Below, in pieces: positions 1 through 18,556 of a stretch of DNA of 64,000 nucleotides (position 1 is the first letter of the stretch; every line of letters starts with the position of its first letter). Below the pieces are notes generated by a model, which was not told the DNA's origin, did no database searches, and saw only the letters and a list, made by a program, of their open reading frames with translations. Made by a program: the position numbers and the translations under genes. The DNA is from the human T2T-CHM13v2.0 reference genome, Homo sapiens. The stretch is taken from the NCBI RefSeq assembly GCF_009914755.1, contig NC_060929.1; one strand, 5' to 3'.

Positions 1-244
1 TTTTCACAGACTGAGAGGCACAGTTGCTTGCTTCAACTAACAAGTAGTGGATCCAGGATTCAGACGTGGGTCTTCTGACCAAGGAGGAATTCAATCATCT
101 TGTACTAATGTTATAAAAATTAGCAATAAATGTGAATGTAACATAACATGAATGTTATAAAAATCGTTTATATGGTAGGATCAAAAATGTGTAAAAAGGC
201 AAACAGACTTCTGAATAAAAATAATAGGACAGCATCAGCGGGGC

Positions 245-430
245 ACCATCTCCGCTCCCTGACTGTTTCCATCTTGTGTTTGTGTGCATTCAGACCACGC
301 ACAGTTAGGAAGGCATTCACTAGTAATCAGCAGGACACCCTCTCCACTCCCTGACTGTTTCCATCGTGTGTTCGTGTGCATTCAGGCCATGTACACAGTT
401 AGGAAGGCATTCACTAGTAATCACTGGGCA
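245..430. repeat. Imperfect tandem duplication, ~91-bp unit x2
   Basis: CACC.TCTCC.CTCCCTGACTGTTTCCATC...ACAGTTAGGAAGGCATTCACTAGTAATCA starts at 245 and again at 336. Confidence 0.85.
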
Positions 431-1714
431 CTGACTTTATGCCAAGTGCTGTGCAAGGTGCTTTCACATTCAAGTATAAAGGCGGCAAACACAAATTATC
501 CGGCTCAAACATCACATGTGCAAAATGTAACTCATTATTTTTCATAACACAGTTTTAATTTCTGATTCCAATTTCTGAAAATGTAATCCAGTCCCTCTCA
601 GAAAATTTCAGCCCCCAGCCCCATGTACGGTCACTCAGATCCTGCAGGTGGATTTAGACCAACCTGTCCTTCTCTCCCTTTCCTCAGAGTGGTGCCCTGG
701 CATCAGGGAGAACGATGACTGGCCCCTGGCTCCCTAGCATCTGCCTGAGTAGCACATGATGGGCTGGCATCTGTGCCCACCAGCATCCACGGAAGTCCTC
801 CGCAGGGATGGACTGTGCTTGGAGCCTGGGGCCCGGAGTCTGGGAAGGAGGAGGAGGAGGATGCTGATTCCAGAAAGACTTTGCCAAGCTCGCCTCCATC
901 CTGGTCCCTTCCTCTCCCGCCAGCTAGGAGGGGGAAGCACTCGAGGTGCATGCTTTTGTGGCAGCTACACGTGCCCCTGGGGTTTATCAGTCCTCGCTCA
1001 AGAAACCCAGGGACACGTAGCTGCTCTCCCTCCCACCCCCTCTCCTCTAGCTCCTGGGTGCTGGGACCCTGCAGCCAGCAGACTTTCCTTCTCAGATGGA
1101 CACTGCCTCACACGACCCAGCCTGGGGGCCCTCTCCTGGCCTGTGGACCTTATCTCCCAGCTCCCACCAACCTGCATTCTTCCCCACTCTTTTTTTATGT
1201 AGAAAAATGTTGAGACAGAGTCCTTCAGGATGTGTCTCTTGATGGCCAAAGCAAATCAAACACATCTTGATTTTCAAACTGGTATCTCCTCTGCTGTGAG
1301 CTCTTCAAATCCATTCGGAAACTCAGTTGGCTGCTGCTTCTTTCTGGCTGTGAGGTCTCATGGTCCACCTTTCCCTGGGCCAGGACAGAGCCTTGAAAAA
1401 GCCCACGGGGACCACAGTGAAAGTAAGAGCAGTAACTGACATGCAGGGAGATTGCTGGGGCTCAGTCCGACCCCAGGCACACCCGCAGAGCGCCCTGAGA
1501 AAAAGGCACGGGGCTTCTCCATAGGACAGCTCAGTGGCAAGGGCCTTGTTGGCCGACTCACCTGCCATTGCTTACCTGCCACTGCCTTCCCCGAGAGAGG
1601 GACTTGCCTCCTGCCTCATGCAGGCTGCCAAGAGCCTAGATCCTGACCAGCTCAGTCTGGAGGGGCCTCACCCCCAACAGAAGCAGGAAAAGCCAGGCCA
1701 CCGAGAATAGAGGC

Positions 1715-1881
1715 CGGGTCTCAACAGAATCCCCTGGGGAGCTGGAACATATGCAGTCCTGGGCTCCACCTCAGAGATTTGAGTCAGGAGGTCTGGGGCA
1801 GGGCCTAAGAATCTGCATTTCCAACAGGCACCCAGGGGATGCCAGAATGCCATGGGTCCAAGACTACACTGAGCAGCACTG
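1715..1881. mobile_element. MER5A-like hAT-Charlie MITE
   Basis: Contains the MER5 hallmark GGGCCTAAGAATCTGCATTTCCAACAGGCACCCAGG...ACACTGAGCAGCACTG. Family assigned from recall. Confidence 0.7.
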
Positions 1882-2124
1882 ATGGGAAGGACATAGTAGC
1901 TTGAGCGGCAGGGACCCAAGCTAAGCATCAGAGCGGGGGGGGCCAGTGAAGAAACAAGACAGAATCAGAAAAAAAAAACTGTAATGAGAAGAACCCTTAA
2001 AGAGATTGGTTTTTTCATATTGTTTCTTTGCAATATCTTCTTGACTCTCCTTAAGAGTTCTCGCTACAGTCATTTTTATTATAATTTTTATTTATTTTAT
2101 ATTATTGTATGTTATTTATTTTAA

Positions 2125-2380
2125 AAGACAGGATCTTACCCTGTTGCCCAGGCTAGAGTGCAGTGGCACGATCACAGCTCACCATAACCTCTAAGTCATG
2201 GGCTCAAGTGATCCTCCCATCTCAGCTTCCTGAATAGCTGGGACCACAGGCATGCGCCACCATGCCTGGTTAATTTTTTAGTGTTTTGTACAGATGGGGT
2301 TTAACTGTGTTGTCCAGGCTGGTCTCAAACTCCTGGCCTCAAGCAATGCTTCTCCCTCAGCCTCCCAAGGAGCTACAGGT
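2125..2380 (-). mobile_element. AluJ-type SINE
   Basis: Diverged reverse-complement Alu consensus preceded by a T-rich tail. Confidence 0.85.
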
Positions 2381-3483
2381 CAGGCCAGGCTCCGCCCACG
2401 TGCAGGGCTCGTGGGGCCTCAGTTTCCCTCTTGGGCATCCCAGGTAGGCAGATCCAGAAGGCCTGGGCTAGGCCACTGCAGGGCAGTGCTGGGGGTGGGG
2501 ATCTCTCCTGGCCTCCTGTCCCAGCTCCCTCTCCTCTTGAAACCCGGTGAAGTCCGTGCTCTTGTGCGTGTCTGCTGTTTACATTTCTCCCATGGATGTA
2601 TTTGCCTTCGTTTGCATAAAAAATGCCACAGTCCTAATGAGTTTGCCCATCTGGCAGTGCAGGCCTCCTCTCTGGGCTCGGCTCCACTGAGAGCCTCGAG
2701 GGAGCCGTTATAATTGGGCCGCTCCCTTCCAGGATCGGGAAGGACTGTCCCGAGCAGGCTCATGGCTCACGACCTGGCCCAGGGCTCCACGGCAGGCTGG
2801 AGCGGGCTCCCTGAACTGTGGGTGTCGTGCCTGTGTGTCCATCAGCAGGGGCATCTGGGCCCACCCTGCCTTGGCCACCACCAAGGTAGGCATTTCACTG
2901 TACATTTCAAAATCAAATTGGGGCAGCCTCATGGCACCCCGTGGAACTTGTCCCAGGCTGGAAGGATTTGAATCCTGGAATATGGTGACACAGAACGTGT
3001 CCTTTGGAAACTCAGCTGTGGGCAGCGCCTGGCTGGGCTGTGTCAGACAGTGTGTCTTAGCCTCTCAGTGTCACTCTGACGACCCCACACTAAGCCCTCT
3101 CCCACCTGATGCTTCCAACCATGACATTTATCGCCCCCTCCCCTGGGCCAAGCAGGCTTGATCCTGGCCTCGGGAGACAGGGGTGAAGGGTTCAAGCCTT
3201 GTGGCATGGGAACCTTAGGACACAGGCGCTACCGTGCACTGACATGATTGCTAGAAGAGGGGATGGAGGTGTCCAGGGAATCTGGCGGAAGAGGGTCCTG
3301 TGCAGTCTAGCATCAGGCTGTGTCCTCTACGTCTCCATGATTGTGTGGAGAGCCCCAGGCAACCTCTGACTAGAGGCAGTTTCCAGAAAATGGTGATGGA
3401 GCCCCCTAACCATCCCGGGAGAGTGGGTGCATGCTGGGGGATGTGGAAAAGCCTAACAGTGGCTTGAAAGCATGGCAGCAGGG

Positions 3484-4705
<1,222 letters not shown>

Positions 4706-5647
4706 TTATTTCTTCAGATTGGATTCTCTATTTGCATTTTAAAAAGAGGAGGTAGAATACGGCAGAGCACATACAGGACACCGATATGGAAGGCATCAGT
4801 CCTCGTGTGGCTCCTGGATTAACCACGCTTTCTGGTTTCTGTGTTCTATGGCGCTTTGGCATCGCAGGAGGCTTTGCTGGCGGGGAAGGGACTGCCCCTC
4901 CCAGGGCTGGCTAGTTCTGGAGACAGCACATACCTCCCTATGCAAACCAGCAGTCAGAAGCCCCTGCCCCCACCACACCCTTTATCTAACTCACACACCC
5001 AGGAAATATTCTCCCTGCCCCATCTCACTCCAGAGCATGGTACTGGATGACTAGGGACCATGCCATAGCTCCGGGCCTGCCAACATTAGGCAAACGGGGC
5101 CACCCGAAGCTTGCTCAAGCTCACCTCCACCCTCATCTATTCCTTCCCACAGAGACCCCAGTGAAGGCCCAGCCTGGGCCCTCCCCTTGCTCCTTCTGCC
5201 TCGGGACTGACCTGGTGCTTCCCCATGCTGGAAAGTCATCAACTCTTCATTCAAAGGCAGTGTCTCCCAGGCTGTCATCTGACCAGAGCTGAGGAAAACA
5301 AAGTCCCAGGTGCATTTCAAGACAGCCCCTCCTCTGCCTTCCTGGTCTGTACGCTCCTCTGCCCTAGAAGGTAACCATTGTTCTCATTTCCACATAACAG
5401 TTTTGCCTACTCTTGTCCTTTATATAAAAGGAATCTTTCGGTACATCCCCTTTTGTGTCTGGCCTCTTTTACCCAGCGTGAGCGTCACCACGCTGCTGAG
5501 ATTGTTCTCTGCTGTGTGTGTGTAGTTCTCCTTCAGATGCACAGGCCACAGTTCACTTACTCATTTACTGATGAGTGTTTGGGGTTTTGACTATTAGGAA
5601 TAAAGTTATGATGAACATTCTTCAATGTGTTCGTTATCGGAGAGAAG

Positions 5648-6109
5648 TGAAACCGGCCCAATTGTCCCATAGAACTGATGTTTATGGTTTCTTTGAATAA
5701 ACATAGAAATGATCCTCCCAGTCTCACAAGATAAGATCCTTCTTGTCTTATCTGAGTTCCTTTCCCAAGAAACCACCTATCAGGCCTCCCAGATAGAATA
5801 AAAAAAAAAACTCCCAAGACCACCACACCCTCCAGCCTGGGAATTGCCTAACCCACCACCTGCTTCCTGGTGACCGACTCTTCCTCGCCCCTCCCTGATT
5901 CCTGTTTTCACACACATGGTTACATTTCTTCTCTGCTACATAAACCCCTGATTTTCGTGGGTCAGGGGATGGGCTGAGACTGATCTCCCATCTCCTGGGC
6001 TGCAGCACGGGATTAAAGCTTCTTCTCTGGCAATGCTCCTTGTCTCAGTGACTGGCTTTTTGTGTGGCGAGCAGCAGCACCTAGACAAACCCCTGGTGTT
6101 TCTGTAACA
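5648..6109 (+). mobile_element. ERV1-class solo LTR (LOR1-like) inserted in an old L1 fragment
   Basis: TG...CA termini (TGAAACCGGCCCAATTGTCCCATAGAACTGATG ... TTTCTGTAACA) and an ATTAAA poly(A) signal near 6012. L1M-like sequence flanks it. Subfamily from recall. Confidence 0.7.
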
Positions 6110-6991
6110 TACACACTCATTTCTCTTCAATATAGAACAAGAGAGAAACATGTGGGTCAAAGGACCCGCATATGTTAGGGAAGAGGAGGGATTTCCAGAC
6201 ATTTCTGTGCAGTGGTGGTACCAATTAATATGCTCACCAACCGTGCACGGGGGTCCTAACTGCCCCACATCTACACCCACACGGGGTACAGCCAGCCTTT
6301 AATTTCAGCCATTCTGCTGGAGCACTGCAGTATCTCAGCGTGGTTTTCATTTGAGTTTCCCCGATGAAGAGTGAGGTTGAGCCCCTTTTCATACATGTAT
6401 CTGCCACTTGCTATCTTCTTTTGGGAAGGCTCCCATAAGTTATTTTTGAAATTGGGTTGTCAGTCAATTTCATATCGTGAGTCTGTCACTGCTGTTTGTG
6501 CATGAAGAATTGAGTAGGTAACCTGCTTGTGGCCGGCCGAGGTGAGCTCTCCTTGGGTGGCTGTGCCTGTGGGAAAGACCCCGGGGGGGTGTTCTGGAGC
6601 CCAAGCACCACATCCCCCCAGACGGGGCCTGTCCCGATCTCACACTCAGCTCACCTCTCCCTCCCTGTGCCGATTTCTCACAGCGTTTTACAGTTCGTTG
6701 TCATTAGACTCTTTTGAAGTAAATTGCAAGGGTCTGATGAGTCATAACTGTGTGTGCCTCGTGTTCCTGCGTCTTGAGCCCAGCGGTAGGTCTCCCTCCA
6801 TCCAGGCGGCACAGTTAGGGAGCACTCACAGGGACCAGCGCTGTCCTAGGTGCCAGGTGACCTCACGCAGGCAGCTGCATTCTAGTGGGGATGGCACTGG
6901 CAGGGACAGCAGATAGAAAATAAACAGGAACAGGAATCCAGTAATTTCTGGAAATTATACACAGAAGGAAATAAAGCAGGGTGAGGGTGTA

Positions 6992-6993
<2 letters not shown>

Positions 6994-7022
<29 letters not shown>
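6994..7022. repeat. (TG)n microsatellite
   Basis: Direct reading of the sequence. Confidence 0.95.
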
Positions 7023-7608
7023 GTTATCATGGGACAGGGAGTTAGGGAAGGGCTCTGTGAGAAGGTGGTTTTCAGTAGCTGCCTGAATGCAGTGGAGGGG
7101 GAAGTTCTTCTGGGGAAAGAACCATCCAGACAGAAGGAGACAGCATATGCCAAGGCCCCAAGGCAGAAGCCTGCTTCCTATGAGTGCAGCAAGAAACCCA
7201 GAGAGACAGAGAGGTGGAAGTGAGGGGAGAGCTGCGGGAGGCGAGGGGAGAGCTGTGGCCTGGTCAGTTACTTATGCACCTTAAGTCTCAGTTTCCTCCT
7301 CTATAAAATAGCGCGGGTCATCATGATTCCTACCTTGTGAGGTTGCCAAGTGGATTACGTGAAGCCGTGGTGTGTAGACCCCCCGGTACCTGCAAGTTCT
7401 CAGGAAAGGGAAGCTGTGATTATCAGGCCCTTCTTTCTCTCTGCTCCCAGGGCACCTTGTAACCCCACATCAGCTCATGTTGTAATGATGTATGTGTCTG
7501 GCTCTCCCTCGAGACCAGAGGCTGCACACTGGCACCCATAGCCTGAACCCAGCCTGGGGGTCTTCTGTTTAGCCTCACAGATTTGTTTTGTTAAGATAAA
7601 TAGCTGCC

Positions 7609-7931
<323 letters not shown>

Positions 7932-8299
7932 TCAGAAATTTTATATAAAAATCTGGGTTTCTGGCTTTCTTGGAAATTACAAGATCTGGCCGCTCTGGGT
8001 CCGAATGTCCACTTGGCCACGGCTGGCCGGAGGGAGCAGCGGCTGCGCACAAATTCACACCTGTGTCCTCCGCTCTGCCCGGGCCCCACCCAGCCGCTCC
8101 TCCCATCTCTCTGCCTCTTGGTCCCCGAAGGCACCTGTGGGTTTGAACATGCTGAAGACCCTGAAGTCCTTGAAGACAAACAAGTATTTTGTTCTGTTGT
8201 CTGTGTCCCTGGAAGATCCTTTCCTGGAGTTCACGGGGCCTGGGGCAAGGGTGCAATCAGAAGCCCGCGTCTCCAAAGTGAACATCAGTCGCTCCTCCC

Positions 8300-10188
<1,889 letters not shown>

Positions 10189-11502
10189 GTCTAAATATTT
10201 ATAAATCAACTTATAAATTAATGAACAAATTGGTAAATAAAATATGTTCTAGCTCCACCCTGGAGAAATCTGCTGTTAAAGTGACTTTATTCCCATTGAG
10301 AATTCTTGGCCGCCGCCGGGTTCTATGCTGGACTGCAGTGGGGAGGGCCCAGCACCCCGACCTCTGGTCAGCCCCGGCTCCAAGCAGCCCTGCAAACAGC
10401 TGTTTTATGCCCACCTCTCAGGCCTACTAGCTCTGTGGTCCACCCTTCAGGAGAGATCCATGCAAGAGGCCTGCGCTAGGCCCTGAAAGGGGCTTGGGGC
10501 TTTTGGGGCAGGGAACCGTGGGGCCTGGGGTACCCAGAGCATGATCCAGGGGTTGTGGGAGAGGGCTCCAGGTGGGCACCTCCCCTTGGCCCTGAAGACA
10601 CCGGATTCCATGAAAAGAGCCATGCTGGAGGAAAGCCTGAGAGGAAGGCGCAGGACTGCTCCCCTGGTGAGCCACCACCCTGTGTGAACAGACAGGAGAA
10701 AGACTCGCTGGCTGGACAGAGAATTTCAGGACAGCACTGCAGCCACTGCTCCCAATGCCTTCGTGGCCCTGGGCTGGCCGCTCCTCTTCCTGGTCTCCCC
10801 ATGCTTCAGTGCAGGATGAGGGCTCAGCCTGGGGGTTCTCAGCATTGTCTTGAGGCTCATGTTCCTTCCAGGAGCATGGGGTTTCTGGGCTGCTTTGGAG
10901 ACCCTGACACCCTTTACACTGTGTGGATTTCACTGGCTGGTTCGAGAAAAAGACAGTTTTTCTATTTCTTGGAAAATTGAACAGAAATATTTATGAAAAT
11001 TTCTTTGTTAAATGATGTTGCTATTTATTCAGTATAGGAGGAAAGGCTACTGAATAGGAAAATATAGGGATTTCTCTCCTGTGTAAATCCCTCTCATACG
11101 CCTCAAGTTAAGATATATACATATATATAGGCCGGGCGCAGTGGCTTACGCCTGTAATCCCAGCACTTTGGGAGGCCGAGGCAGGTGGATCGTGAGGTCA
11201 GGAGTTCAAGACCAGCCTGGCCAAGATGGTAGAACCCCGTCTCCACTAAAAAAAAAAAAAAAATTAGCCAGGCGTGGTGGCAGTCACCTGTAATCCCAGC
11301 TACTTGGGAGGCTGAGGCAGAGAATTGCTTGAACCTGAGAGGCGGAGGTTGCAGTGAGCCGAGATCTCACCATTGCACTCCAGCCTGGGTGACAGAGTGA
11401 GTCTCCATCTCAAAAAAAAAAGATATATACATATATACATAGACATATATATTATACATATATAAATATACGTGTTATATATACATATATATTAATCAGT
11501 AA

Positions 11503-11706
<204 letters not shown>

Positions 11707-12373
11707 TAATTTTTTTTTTTTTTTGTATTTTTAGTAGAAACGGGGTTTCACCATGTTAGCAAGGATGGTCTTGATCTCATGACCTCGTGATCCACCCACC
11801 TCGGCCTCCCAAAGTGCTGGGATTACAGACGTGAGCCACCGTGCCTAGCCATTTTTTTGTGTTTTTTTAGTGGAGACAGGGTTTCACTGTGTTAGCCAGG
11901 ATAGTCTCGATCTCCTGACCTCGTGATCCGCCTGCCTCAGCCTCCCAAAGTGCTGGGATTACAGGCGTGAGCCACCACGCCCAGCCAAACAACAGTACTT
12001 TTTATAAAATAACCCCTAAGTGCAATTTTTTTGGGAGGGCGACCATCACTGTCACTGATTTTGCCAGGTTTTCCTAAGAATCTTACCTGGTCCATGTGGG
12101 ATCTGAAGGCAATAATCCTGTCAGTGTTGTCTGGAAAAGTCTGTTACAGTTAAGAAATATTTTGCTAAGCCTGTTATGTAGAAATCACTGTAGGTGGCCC
12201 GGCACGGTGGCTCATGCCTGTAATCCCAGCACTTTGGGAGGCCGAGGTGGGTGGAGCACCTGAGGTCAGGAGTTCGAGACCAGCCTGGCCAACATGGTGA
12301 GACCCCCCATCCCTACTAAAAATACCAAAACTAGCCGGGCATGGTGGCAGGTGCCTGTAATCCCAGCTACTCA

Positions 12374-12478
<105 letters not shown>

Positions 12479-12479
12479 T

Positions 12480-12516
<37 letters not shown>

Positions 12517-12878
12517 TCACTAGGTAAAAACAAGGAAGTGAAATGCACAGTCCTACCTTAAAAAGCTTACTTTCTTCTGGCTGGGCACAGTGGCTCACCC
12601 CTGTAATCCCAGCACACGGGGAGGCCGAGGCGGGCAGATCCCCTGAGGTCAGGGATTCGAGACCAGCCTGGCCAACATGGCAAAACTCTGTCTCTAGTAA
12701 AAATACAAAAAATTAGCCAGGCGTGGTGGCAGGCACCTGCAGTCCCAGCTACTCAGGAGGCTGAGGCAGGAGAATGGGGTGAACCCGGGAGGCAGAGCTT
12801 GTAGTGAGCCGAGATCGCGCCACTGCACTCCAGCCCCGGCCACAGAGCGGACTCCTTCTCAAAAAAAAAAAAAAAAGA

Positions 12879-12956
12879 GTGCAGAAGCAGTTTGCTTGCA
12901 GTTTGCAGAAGCAGTTTGCAGAAGCAGTGTGCAGAAGCAGTGTGCAGAAGCAGTTG
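12879..12956. repeat. 13-bp minisatellite (GCAGAAGCAGT[T/G]T) x~5-6 at an Alu tail
   Basis: Direct reading: gtgcagaagcagtttgc...gcagaagcagtgtgcagaagcagttg. Confidence 0.85.
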
Positions 12957-14497
12957 TCCAGGGCTTGATTCCATGCTCCATATTCAAACTACTCAAGGAT
13001 CAAAACATTAACTAGAGTTCAACTATGTGAGTTCAAATGTTTCTAGCAGATGTTTCTGTGTTTATTTCTTAATGATAATGGAATTTTTATGTGGTGATAT
13101 CTAGATGGAATTAAAAATAATAAGAAGCAATGAAGGGTAAATGCCTGTATAACTATGCATATATCTTTGCTGAACCCAACATATTTAAAAATATGATTGG
13201 ATGAATTAATTGGATGAAATTTTGCTTTGGTGTGAGAGTTAAAACTTGTATCCTCTAGGCCGGGCGCGGTGGCTCATGCCTGTAATCCCAGCACTTTGGG
13301 AGGCCAAGGCGGGCAGATCACGAGGTCAGGAGATCGAGACCATCCTGGCCAACATGGTGAAGCCCCGTCTCTACTAAAAATACAAAAAAAAATTAGCCGG
13401 GCGTGGTGGCGGGCACCTGTAGTTCCAGCTACTCAGGAGGCTGAGGCAGGAGAATGGCATGAACCCAGGAGGCGGAGCTTGCAGTGAGCAGCGATCACGC
13501 CACTGCACTCCAGCCTGGGCGATAGAGCGAGACTCTATCTCAAAAAAAAAAAAACAAAAACAAAAACAAAAAAACTTGTATCCTCTGAAAGAACCTCATG
13601 AAAATAGACTGTAAATCTACATTACTTGATAAGTAAGTAGAAAAGACTTCCTATGTCCTATGTCAATAGAAAATCATCTGCATTTATTTTGGTGTAGGTA
13701 AAGAACCATAACAAGACAAAATAAAGTTCTCATAAAGCTACAATGTTTTTGATAGGAGAAAGAAAGAAAGAAGCCAACGTAGACATAAAACTGCTGTACT
13801 CATTGGGAAAGATGAAGAAAAATACAGCAATCAGAACAGCAACTTTCACAAAGACAGTTTACAGCTCCATGTTAACATGAAGCATTCTTCAAAAACAAGT
13901 TGCTCCAGTTTCTTGTAGATTTTCCAGTGTCCTAATGCATGCTCTCTGGAGTTCTAAATTGCTTCTTAAACACTTCAAAACATACGTCTGGAAATCGCCG
14001 TTAGTGAAACAGAGGAAGTGCAACCGTTATGCAGTACCTAGAATCTACTTGATCACATGCACACACTCTAGACACATGTGTTTCAGAATATGATCATTGC
14101 ATTTAGTTCTCAGAAGTCCACTGGTGTAATTTTCCCTATAACATTTGTTTCTGACATGTAAAAATTTAGATCCCAAGAGGCAGATTCCCAGAATAAATAA
14201 GGCTTAGCCAGTGATGTCCCCCACTGTGACAGTGTCAGCCCATTCTAACACAATGTTCGAATTACAAACACAAACACACGCAATGTGCAGAGCATCGCAG
14301 TGCTGGGTGCGCCAACATCCAAGACTCCAGGAATTACATAGTTTAGCAAACAACGTTTTTGCCTAAGACCCCGGGGTTCAAAATAATTTCTCCAGTCTGC
14401 TCTAGCCTATTTCATGTATGTATTCTGTTATAAATGAGAAACAAGACTTATTTTCTCCAGAATAATAGAACCATAGTGACACTGGAAGTAAGCCCAG

Positions 14498-14748
14498 ATG
14501 ATGATGATGATGATGATTACTATTATTAATTTCTTCTTCTTGTTGTTGTTGTTCTTCTTCTTCTTCTTTTTTCTTTTTCCTTTTCTTCTTTCTTTTTCTT
14601 CTTCTTTTCCTCCTCCTCCTTCTTCTCTTCCTCCTTCTTCTCTTCTTCTTTTTCTTCTTTTTTCTTCTTCCTCTTCCTCCTCCTCCTCCTTCTTCTTTCT
14701 TCCTCTTCCTCTTCTTCTCCCCTCTTCCTCTCCCTCTCCCTTTTTTTG
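14498..14748. repeat. Compound triplet / polypyrimidine tract (ATG, ATT, TTC, TTG, CCT) grown from an AluJ tail
   Basis: Direct reading. About 200 nt are almost purely C/T, adjacent to the antisense Alu at 14741-15033. Confidence 0.9.
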
Positions 14749-15171
14749 AGATGAGGTCCCAATCTGTCACCCAGGCTGGACTGCAGTAGCAGATCAGCAC
14801 TCACTGCAGCCTCGACCTCTTGGGCTCAACTGATCCTCCTGCCTCAGCCTCCTCAGTAGCTGAGACTATAGGCATGCACCACCATGCCCAGCTAATTTTT
14901 TTTTTGTATCTTTTGTAGAGATGGTGTTTCCCCATGTTGCCCAAGCTGGTCTTGAACTCCTGGGCTCAAGTGATCTGACCACCTTTGACTCCAAAAGTTC
15001 TAGAATTACAGGCATGAGCCACCGTGCCCAGCCTATCATTATTATTAATGATTATTTAAAAGACTAAGTTTTTGGTCGGGCGCGGTGGCTCACGCCTGTA
15101 ATCCCAACACTTTGGGAGGCTGAGGCAGGCAGATAGATCATGAGGTCAGGAGATCGAGACCATCCTGGCTA

Positions 15172-15399
<228 letters not shown>

Positions 15400-15422
15400 T
15401 CATATGAAATAATGTATTTTAA

Positions 15423-15766
<344 letters not shown>

Positions 15767-16686
15767 TGATTTTCCTGCCTCAGCCTCCTGAGTAGCTTGG
15801 ACTACAGGCTCCCACCACCACGCCCAGCTAATTTTTTTGTATTTTTAGTAGAGACAGGGTTTCACCGTGCTGGCCAGGCTGGTTTCAAACTCCTGACCTC
15901 AGGTGATCTGCCTGCCTCGGCCCCCCAAAGTGTTGGGATTACAGGCATAAGCCACCGCGCCTGGCCATTTTTTTTTGTATTTTTAGTAGAGATGGAGTTT
16001 CACCATGTAGGTCAGACTGGTCTCGAACTCCTGACCTCATGATCCGCCTGCCTCAGCCTCCCAAAGTGCTGAGATTACAGGCGTGAGCCACCGCACCCGG
16101 CTGAGTTGCTCCCACCTTTTATCTATTGTGAATAACACAGCTATCGACAGGGATGGGCAAGTGTCTCTTTATTTCCTTGCTTTCAATTTTTGGGGGATAT
16201 ATACCCAGAAGTGGAATTGCTGGAGCGTCCCTAGGTGTAATTTCCGAGGAACTGCCTTACTGTTTTCTAGAGGGGCGGCACTATTTTACATTCCCACCAG
16301 CAGTGCACAAGGGTTCCAGTCTCTCCACATCCTTACCAACATTCGTTATATTCTGGGTTTTCTTTGATACTAGTCAATGTAGTAGGAGTGAAAAGGAATC
16401 TCGTTGTCATTTCCATCTCCCTAATGATTAGTGATGCTGAGTATGGAGAAATGTCCATTCGAGTCCTTTGCTCTTTTTTTTTTTTTTTTTTTTTTTTGAG
16501 AGGGAGTCTCGCTCTGTCACCCAGGCTGGAGTGCAGTGGCGCGATCTTGGCTCACTGCAAGCTCCGCGTCCCGGGTTCACACCATTCTCCTGCCTCAGCC
16601 TCTTGAGTAGCTCGTACTACAGGCGCCCGCCACCACGCCTGGCTAATTTTTTGTATTTTTAGTAGAAAAGGGGTTTCACCGTGTTA

Positions 16687-16809
<123 letters not shown>

Positions 16810-17999
16810 CAGAGTCTCACTCTGTCACCCAGGCTGGAGTGCAGTGGCGTGATCTCGGCTCACTGAAACTTCCACCTCCTAGGTTTAAGCGAGTCTCCTG
16901 CTTCAGCCTCCCAAATAGCTGAGATTACAGGCATGTGCCACCACACCCGGCTAATTTTTGTAGTTTTAGTAGAGACGGGTTTCACCATGTTGGCCAGGCT
17001 GGTCTCGAACTCCTGACTTCAGGTGATCTGCCCGCCTCGGCCTCTCAAAGTGCGAGGATTACAGGCGTGAGCCACCGCGCCCAGCCTTGCTCATTTCTGA
17101 ATTTGATTGTTAGGTTTTTGTTATTGAGTGTGTTTTTTTAATTGAGTGTAATATTCATACAGAGAAGCCACCAATCCCCAGAGGGCAGCTTGGTAAATTA
17201 TCGTAGAGTGAATACGTCTGGGACACCAGCCCTCAGATCAAGAAATAGAATATTACCAGAGCCACCCTCCCCCAGAGCACTAAGATAATCGCTATCCTGA
17301 CTTCTCACCAGATGTTTCTTTGGCCTGTTTTAGGGCTTCGCAGAAACAGAATCGTGCCGTACGCATTCATTTGTGTCTGGCTGCTTCTGCTCAACAGTAT
17401 GTTGCTGAGATTCACCAACTGTGCATGGTGGCTGTGAATCCATTTTCAGTGCTGTAAGAATTTTACTCTATAAATATACTGAGAGGTACTTATCCACTCT
17501 CCTGTTGGAAGTTGGGGCTATTGTGAAGGGTGCTGGTATAAACATCCTAGTGCACGTCGCACGTCATTTGGTGAACACGTGCACAGTGCACAGTTCTTTT
17601 GGGTCTATGCGTAAGAGTGGAATGTGGGGATCACATGTGTGGTCTCCTTTAGTAGGTATTACCCAAGGGTTTTCCAAAGTAGTTGTGCTATTTTACATTC
17701 CCAATAGTATATGAAGTTTCAGTTACTCCACATTCTTGCCCAAACTTGGTATCAACAGTGTTTTTAATTTTAGCAATTCTGGTAGGTGTAATATTGGTTT
17801 CTCACTGTGGTTTAAATTTGATGGCTTATGAGGCTGAGCATGTTTTAAATGCTTTTTGGCCATTTGGATGTTCATTTGCTCTTTCCTCTCCCTTCCCCCC
17901 TCCTCCCTCCCCCCTCCCTCCCTTTCTTCCTTCCCTTTTTTGTCCCTCTTCATTTCTTTCACCCATTGTCCTATTGGTCTGCCAGCTTTTTTCTTAATT

Positions 18000-18397
<398 letters not shown>

Positions 18398-18556
18398 TAA
18401 GCTGCTCAGGCTGTTCTCTAACTCCTGACCTCAAGTGATCCTCCCGCCTTGGCCTCCCAAAGTGCTGGGATACAGCGTGAGCCACCACACCCGGCCCCAT
18501 CTTTTTACTCTCTTATTGATGAAAAAATTCTTAATTTTACTATCATCCAATGTATC

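Noticed and set aside
14402-14804. Poly-K/R/E/F/S ORFs
   Set aside because: Translations of a simple-repeat tract. The same applies to 25764-26185.
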